Assembly: GCA_020058315.1 (NCBI GenBank)
Contig: JAGVEK010000002.1
Location: 1 to 40,966, forward strand
Source: Candidatus Zixiibacteriota bacterium
GTDB lineage: Bacteria; Zixibacteria; MSB-5A5; WJJR01
DNA length: 40,966 bases
Direction of reading: 5' to 3'
Below, piece by piece: positions 37,101-40,966 of the stretch. Both the position numbers and the translations under genes were made by a program. The first letter of the stretch is position 1; every line of letters starts with the position of its first letter. The notes under the pieces were generated by a model, which saw only the letters and a list, made by a program, of their open reading frames with translations, was not told the origin of the DNA and did no database searches.

Positions 37101-38053
37101 CCGCCTCACTCGACGGCCTTGTCGCGACCATTGAGGAACTTTCGGATCACATGAGCCTTATCGCCCACGAGTTGGCCGAGGCAGAACACGCCCGCCAAAT
37201 GACGGCGGACGCCAAGCGCAGGGCGGCCGAAAACGAGAGCAAGGCCGCCGCCGCGAGGGCTGCCGAGGCAGCGGCGCAGGAGGCAGCGAGACGCAACGCG
37301 CAGGCAACAATCGAAGCAAGGCAAGCAAGACGCATCGAGGAGGTCGGGAAAGCCGTCGGAAGGCTTTCAGAGAAGGACCGCATCGACCTTGCCTGCCATC
37401 TTGCCGGCATACCCAACCCCAAAGCAGCAGGCATGTTCAACGAGACTGAGTTCAGGCGCGACATGAAGGAGGCCGCGCTATTCGGAGCCGTCGGCAAGGT
37501 CTACACGGCGGAGACCGACAGTCAGGGTGTCCCGAACGGCTTCCTGCGCGTTTACGAGACGACTTCGGCGAGGCTCCTAACAGCCGCCGCCGACTCCATG
37601 GCGCGGAACCTGAATCCCATCTTGGCATGGGGCCAAGAAAGGGACGCGGCACGCGCGGGAAACGTCGCAGATATTTCTGGTCTAAGACGCGAGATGGCCG
37701 ACGAGATGGTCAAACTCAAACTCAACAACCCACCGAAATCGAAGACCGACGCCATCGGCATGGCGATTCACATTCGCGACATCGACCCCGGCCCGGACGG
37801 TACCATCAGCATCAAGCCAAGGTATTTCAGCGCAAACTGGGTGGTCGCCTCCCACAAAGCCGGCTGGGTCGCCATACCAAGGGCGGAATTGGAGAAATTC
37901 GGAAAAAAAGCCGAGCATCTCATGAGGGGCGTATCCCTCCCGCTGGAACGCCTCCCTGGAGGAACAGGCGTCGCCGACCCATCATCCGGCCGAACGCTGG
38001 GGGCCGGCAACTCGCTCATTCCAACACTCACGCCCAAGGAAATCGAACGCTAA
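34163..38053 (+). CDS. MOBF-family relaxase-helicase (TrwC/TraI-like)
   Basis: The N-terminus MLSISTLHSFEYYVSE...SYYSG carries the Tyr pairs. VDLTFTPPKDFS is present. The histidine triad context is DPDGHFHCLVM. There is an AAA_30-type Walker A FAGTGKTT. The helicase C-terminus reads AYAITVHKSQGATV. Confidence 0.9.
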   Translation: MLSISTLHSFEYYVSEGLKETFSYYSGRGENGDERERDPAGKWVGKYADRLGLPAHAKIEDFAALYFGFDPNTGKPLTKSADQTGWQLFKVKQLLADENLTGPKRLRLERRARKLSAEIAGRDKNSASSKKGNGAKGDDEEVAKPRKKSVHRPGVDLTFTPPKDFSLLLAASSPADRKRLLAIYREAVEETLESVEREFAQTRIVINKPEAEGGKVVVAEKTKGLAILMFEHLGARPVGDNAPDPDGHFHCLVMSPVLCQDEKTRALFSDRIKRNIKALGAESRARLALKLAEREGIEVVPDEQKRITSFRLSGVDAKDRVFFSKRRGQIEALMAQSGEKAGLSTLKTRETKGDWDRQDLIDDWKGTMAQRGMSRERMLAPDAKAKGWTARTDEQIVAALQDMKVYFSVPELRQSLWEEAQFIRPPEGQTLSTWIDGRLNAILKNPDLLRIELPEDSIEQRSVRGQNADHEPIFTTKSLILREIALDKALGVLGGSNKHAIPWEVALTHVEALEVRKTADSKDKWSYRDDQRAAIGQVLFGADICFVQAFAGTGKTTAAAAMFEVWKSEGKKVFGLAPSNKATGQLADDCDLTKSEAMTVAKFLYDVEKGKLKAKDIANSIIFIDEASMVGFDDAEKLIELSLANKCKIVFQGDSEQLPSVPKGRFFANAVEQRLGSAAAELTVITRQREQWAAAATEAAAKGLFAEALEAYDQRGLIKAEGSDENLYDRIVEAHLADKNDFKDKIIVASRNSDVDAINARIRLSLVKRGRVDTGHELFSTVDGREKPMMVGARDRIVFCAKAEGDGATANNGDLATVLSVGRRDDDSLDVKVRLDRTGTEFSFNTAEFSGIDHAYAITVHKSQGATVNSCRYLFSDFVSSELAYVGMSRHRDSLEIFVRADRKDSMAGMMGKKIEKFSARDLADNATLAELNREAQGLYEKAVAGKAQSLEKMPAIAQAAASARQSISPTRQPPVSQPAASLDGLVATIEELSDHMSLIAHELAEAEHARQMTADAKRRAAENESKAAAARAAEAAAQEAARRNAQATIEARQARRIEEVGKAVGRLSEKDRIDLACHLAGIPNPKAAGMFNETEFRRDMKEAALFGAVGKVYTAETDSQGVPNGFLRVYETTSARLLTAAADSMARNLNPILAWGQERDAARAGNVADISGLRREMADEMVKLKLNNPPKSKTDAIGMAIHIRDIDPGPDGTISIKPRYFSANWVVASHKAGWVAIPRAELEKFGKKAEHLMRGVSLPLERLPGGTGVADPSSGRTLGAGNSLIPTLTPKEIER

Positions 38054-38062
38054 TGCCAAACC

Positions 38063-38692
38063 CTACGCATTGGCGGGCAGCACTCCGGCCAAAAGCTCCG
38101 ACTCATCCTGCGCCGACCTGGCCCGACCGGCCTCGGTTTCCAACGCGAGGAGATAGGCATCGTGAAACCGCCGCCGCGTTGCCACGTCGTCCCAAGGCAA
38201 GCCCATCGCCTCGATCATCGGCATCCAGACGATTTCGAGTCCGGCCAGACTCTTGGCATTGAAGTCCGACACTGACGAGGTGAGCGAATGGGAAACGAGG
38301 CCCCCATCCGGCTTGGCCCACATCGGCTGGGGCTCGGCGAAATCGGAGAGCGTCGAGAAGCACATCCCGCGACGCTTCGCGGCCTCCATGGTCGAAGATA
38401 TCCTCTTTGACTGGTGCCAATCACGAATGTCGCCCATGCGGTATGAAACCTTGGCGTTTCTCGCTCCGGAATCCCCTTGCGAATACTGCGGCCCTGACTT
38501 GTCCGCCCGCATTTTCGCAAGCGTTTGTTCCGAGACCCGCAGATAGATTGCGGCGAGCGGAGCGTCAAGAATCGCCTCGGGCGGCATCCGGGCGAGCATG
38601 TCCATAACCTGCAACTCATGCAGCGACGGAAGGCCTGGAATCGGGGCCGTCGGCAGCGTCTCGGGGATTTGTTCGGGAAGTGTCATGGGCAT
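38063..38692 (-). CDS. HTH protein downstream of int (candidate excisionase/recombination directionality factor or regulator)
   Basis: 209 aa. AAIYLRVSEQTLAKMRADKSGPQY...VSYRMGDIRDW is AlpA/Xis-like HTH. It lies 51 nt after the int stop on the same strand. Confidence 0.6.
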   Translation of the reverse strand: MPMTLPEQIPETLPTAPIPGLPSLHELQVMDMLARMPPEAILDAPLAAIYLRVSEQTLAKMRADKSGPQYSQGDSGARNAKVSYRMGDIRDWHQSKRISSTMEAAKRRGMCFSTLSDFAEPQPMWAKPDGGLVSHSLTSSVSDFNAKSLAGLEIVWMPMIEAMGLPWDDVATRRRFHDAYLLALETEAGRARSAQDESELLAGVLPANA

Positions 38693-38743
38693 GGCGCAAA
38701 AGGCCCAATGTTATACCCGACGCCAACCCGGAACCGGAAACGT

Positions 38744-40279
38744 TCAGCCCGCCGAGGCGGCGACATCCGCCTCGCCCTTGTCCTTGCGCGGCCTTCCCGT
38801 CCTTGGCTTCACGGGAGCAAGCTTGTGTGGCTCCGGGGCCTGCAACGGCGGCCAGTCAATGGGCTTCAAGGAGTTGTAAAGATTCGGGGCCGTGGTAAGC
38901 AACGAGTTCTCGATGCGCTGCATGGCAGCCTTCAACTGCAGCCATTCGGCTTCGGTGTAGCGGTCCGTCACGTCGGTTTGCCCGTGGTTGAGCAACTCTC
39001 CGACCATCTCCTTCGAAAGGCCCGCCGCATGGACGGCAGTTGTTCCGAAGGTACGCCGCAGGTCGTGGCGTGTGAGGGTCGGGATGTCCGCCTCGACCTT
39101 CAACCTTTTAAGCAGGTCCTGAGAGTCGCTGTAATGGCCGGTTTTCGAAAAGCGGCTCTTTGCCGGAAAGACGAAACGGCGCGACTTGCCAAAGCCCCGT
39201 CTTGCGGACTCCTCCGCCGCTTCCGTTTTCCGCCGCCTCAACAGCTCCAATGCACATTCGGGCAACGGCAGGCGATGGGCCAGCCCGTTTTTTGTCCTGT
39301 GGAAAAAGACCTCGCCTCTCTCCAAGTCGACCCATGAGTTCATCCATGGATTGACCGCATCGCTCGACGGCTTCTCACCCGCCGGAGCGAGAAGCTCACG
39401 CCACACAAGGCCGGCGTGCTCGGACTTGCGGCAGCCGAGAATCAGCATCAACAGGATGTAGTCGCAACCGGTACGGTTGTCGTTCACCGCCCTCTTCGAC
39501 CAAAGGGCCTCGAGGAACCTGCCCAGCCGCTCCCTGGTCAGCGGATTGCGAACGCCCCGCTCATCGCGATCCTTCGCCAACTCGGCCCGCGTGCGATAGA
39601 CCTTCAGATGAACGAGGGCGCGGAACGGATTCGCCAACATTGACGGAACCCTTCCTTGCGACTGGGCGGTGATCGCCTCCATGGTCAACACGTGCTCGAC
39701 CGACGTCGTCGCCCAGCGAAACGCCTGCTCGGTCGACGTCCTGGCCCTCTTCGCCAACTCGTCGAACTTCCCCTTGATCTCGTCGGCTCCAAGCGACTTG
39801 ATCCGGCGATCCTTCCAGCATGACAACTTTCGTTCCGAGCGCTCGAAATTGCTGATTGTGCTTTCTTGCGCGGGGGAACTGCGGGACTTCAGGTGCTCCT
39901 TGTATTTCTCCATCGCCTGCCCGACCGTGGCCTCCGCGAGTTGAAGCCTGCGCCTCTCGGTGTTCGGATTCGATCCGGTCTCACGCATCATGACCGAAAG
40001 GCCCGCCGCCTTGTCGCGAGCGTCCTGCACCTTCACGAACTCGGCGACCTCGCCGATCTTCGATTTCATCACCCGGCCGGCGACCTTCTTTTGCATCACG
40101 TAGGTCTTCTTCGACGCCGAAACTTTCACTCCGAAACCGGTTAGCTTCGTGTCAAATACGATATACGGCGTCCTGTCGGTATTTTCCTCGAAGACGATTT
40201 CACCGCCCAGGAGTTCGACGGGCCGCTTTTCGATGCAAAGCCGGTTAAGGATGACGTCTTTGGTAAGTTCAATTTTCAT
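38744..40279 (-). CDS. int: Tyrosine recombinase / phage-type integrase
   Basis: Within ORF 38744..40297 (TTG), ATG at 40279 (MKIELTKDV...). The C-terminal catalytic region reads ...LILGCRKSEHAGLVW...LAHRLPL...TRHDLRRTFGT...ELLNH...VTDRYT. It sits at the island edge next to attR. Confidence 0.9.
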   Translation of the reverse strand: MKIELTKDVILNRLCIEKRPVELLGGEIVFEENTDRTPYIVFDTKLTGFGVKVSASKKTYVMQKKVAGRVMKSKIGEVAEFVKVQDARDKAAGLSVMMRETGSNPNTERRRLQLAEATVGQAMEKYKEHLKSRSSPAQESTISNFERSERKLSCWKDRRIKSLGADEIKGKFDELAKRARTSTEQAFRWATTSVEHVLTMEAITAQSQGRVPSMLANPFRALVHLKVYRTRAELAKDRDERGVRNPLTRERLGRFLEALWSKRAVNDNRTGCDYILLMLILGCRKSEHAGLVWRELLAPAGEKPSSDAVNPWMNSWVDLERGEVFFHRTKNGLAHRLPLPECALELLRRRKTEAAEESARRGFGKSRRFVFPAKSRFSKTGHYSDSQDLLKRLKVEADIPTLTRHDLRRTFGTTAVHAAGLSKEMVGELLNHGQTDVTDRYTEAEWLQLKAAMQRIENSLLTTAPNLYNSLKPIDWPPLQAPEPHKLAPVKPRTGRPRKDKGEADVAASAG

Positions 40280-40298
40280 CAGATTCCCCGCCTGCAAA

Positions 40299-40423
40299 AG
40301 GTAGCCCAGCGATAACGCCGAATCCGTTGCAGGACAAGGGATTCAGACTTGGAACAAAGAAAGGTAGCCCAGTGGCCGATTATAGCATCCAAACTTTGAC
40401 GCTGGGCTACCTATGGGCTACCT
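40299..40423. repeat. Four GGGCTACC motifs (two inverted, two tandem direct): putative integrase arm-type sites, right arm
   Basis: AGGTAGCCCAG at 40299-40309 and 40362-40372. CTGGGCTACCT at 40402-40412 and ATGGGCTACCT at 40413-40423. Confidence 0.55.
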
Positions 40424-40473
40424 CAGGCGTGATATCAAGTGGATTTATACGGGTTTAAACGAGATCAAAACAG

Positions 40474-40507
40474 TGGACAGAATCGGATAACTCATTGATA
40501 ATCAATG
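40474..40507 (+). promoter_or_regulatory. Outward-facing sigma70-like promoter (TGGACA-N17-GATAAT) overlapped by the 15-bp palindrome CATTGATAATCAATG
   Basis: -35 at 40474-40479, -10 at 40497-40502, palindrome at 40493-40507. It lies just upstream of the candidate hybrid mutS starts (TTG 40495, GTG 40519). Confidence 0.4.
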
Positions 40508-40518
40508 CGCAAACACAG

Positions 40519-40966
40519 GTGGCGGAAGGCATCGAAAAGCACACCCCCGTAATGCAGCAATGGCTGCGCGCCAAGGCAGAGCATGCGGACAAGCTGCTGT
40601 TTTTCCGCATGGGGGATTTCTACGAGCTGTTTTACGAAGATGCCCAGCAAGCCGCTCGCCTGCTCGACATCACGCTGACCGCGCGCGGCCAGTCGGCCGG
40701 CAAGCCGATTGCGATGGCCGGCATTCCCTACCACGCGGTCGACGGCTATCTGGCTAAGCTGGTCAAGCTCGGCGTCTCGGTGGCCATCTGCGAGCAGATC
40801 GGCGACCCTGCGCTGGCAAAGGGCCCCGTCGAGCGCGCAGTGACGCGCATCGTCACGCCGGGCACGCTGACTGATGCCAATCTCCTCGACGATCGCAACG
40901 ACAGCCTGCTGCTGGCGCTGACCATCGACCGCCAGCGCGCGGGGCTGGCCTGGCTCAACCTCGCCA
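40519..40966 (+). CDS. mutS: DNA mismatch repair protein MutS, 5' part with island-supplied start (runs off window end)
   Basis: The frame reads (V)[56 protein letters not shown]...IPYHAV...ICEQIGDP..., the canonical MutS domain I. The start is uncertain (GTG 40519, TTG 40495 or ATG 40552). It is not in the ORF track because there is no stop in the window. Confidence 0.85.
   Translation, partial: MAEGIEKHTPVMQQWLRAKAEHADKLLFFRMGDFYELFYEDAQQAARLLDITLTARGQSAGKPIAMAGIPYHAVDGYLAKLVKLGVSVAICEQIGDPALAKGPVERAVTRIVTPGTLTDANLLDDRNDSLLLALTIDRQRAGLAWLNLA
40540..40559. repeat. attR core (direct repeat CACACCCCCGTAATGCAGCA)
   Basis: Identical to 7909-7928. It lies in frame within mutS codons HTPVMQQ. 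Confidence 0.8.

Larger units (their letters stand above)
7909..40559. mobile_element. Integrated mobilizable plasmid-like genomic island (~32.6 kb) inserted in the 5' end of mutS
   Basis: A perfect 20-bp direct repeat at both ends, an integrase at the right end, arm-type repeats at both ends, Rep with iterons, ParA, a MOBF relaxase, defence cargo and mosaic GC. Confidence 0.85.

Overview
The window has two parts. (1) 1-7.9 kb is a housekeeping flank. The minus strand carries hscA'(partial)-hscB-iscA-iscU-iscS, a second NifS-like cysteine desulfurase, iscR, cysE and trmJ. The plus strand carries suhB and a vapBC toxin-antitoxin pair. The gene order looks betaproteobacterial, but that is only a guess. 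(2) 7909-40559 is a ~32.6-kb integrated mobile element. It is bounded by a perfect 20-bp direct repeat (CACACCCCCGTAATGCAGCA) that lies inside the first codons of mutS. The native mutS promoter and first ~14-20 codons are stranded at the left junction. The rest of mutS resumes at the right junction and runs off the window. The element looks like an integrated mobilizable plasmid. It has a tyrosine integrase with an HTH (Xis-like) partner and GGGCTACC arm-type repeats at both ends. It has a TrfA-like Rep bracketed by nine 22-bp iterons. It has a ParA operon, a MobC-like protein and a MOBF (TrwC-like) relaxase-helicase, but no T4SS or coupling protein. Its cargo is defence-like. There is a complete type I Zorya operon (zorABCD, 15453-23686). 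There is a tightly coupled, AT-shifted four-gene cassette (8120-11653: PD-(D/E)xK-like, two orphans, HEPN/Abi_C-like) that I cannot assign to any named system; this is my best candidate for something undescribed. There is also a three-gene operon ending in a secreted SNase-like nuclease (12999-15421), and orphan genes behind parA (a 520-aa protein and a very acidic 274-aa protein). All functional calls come from reading the translations by eye. No database search was run.
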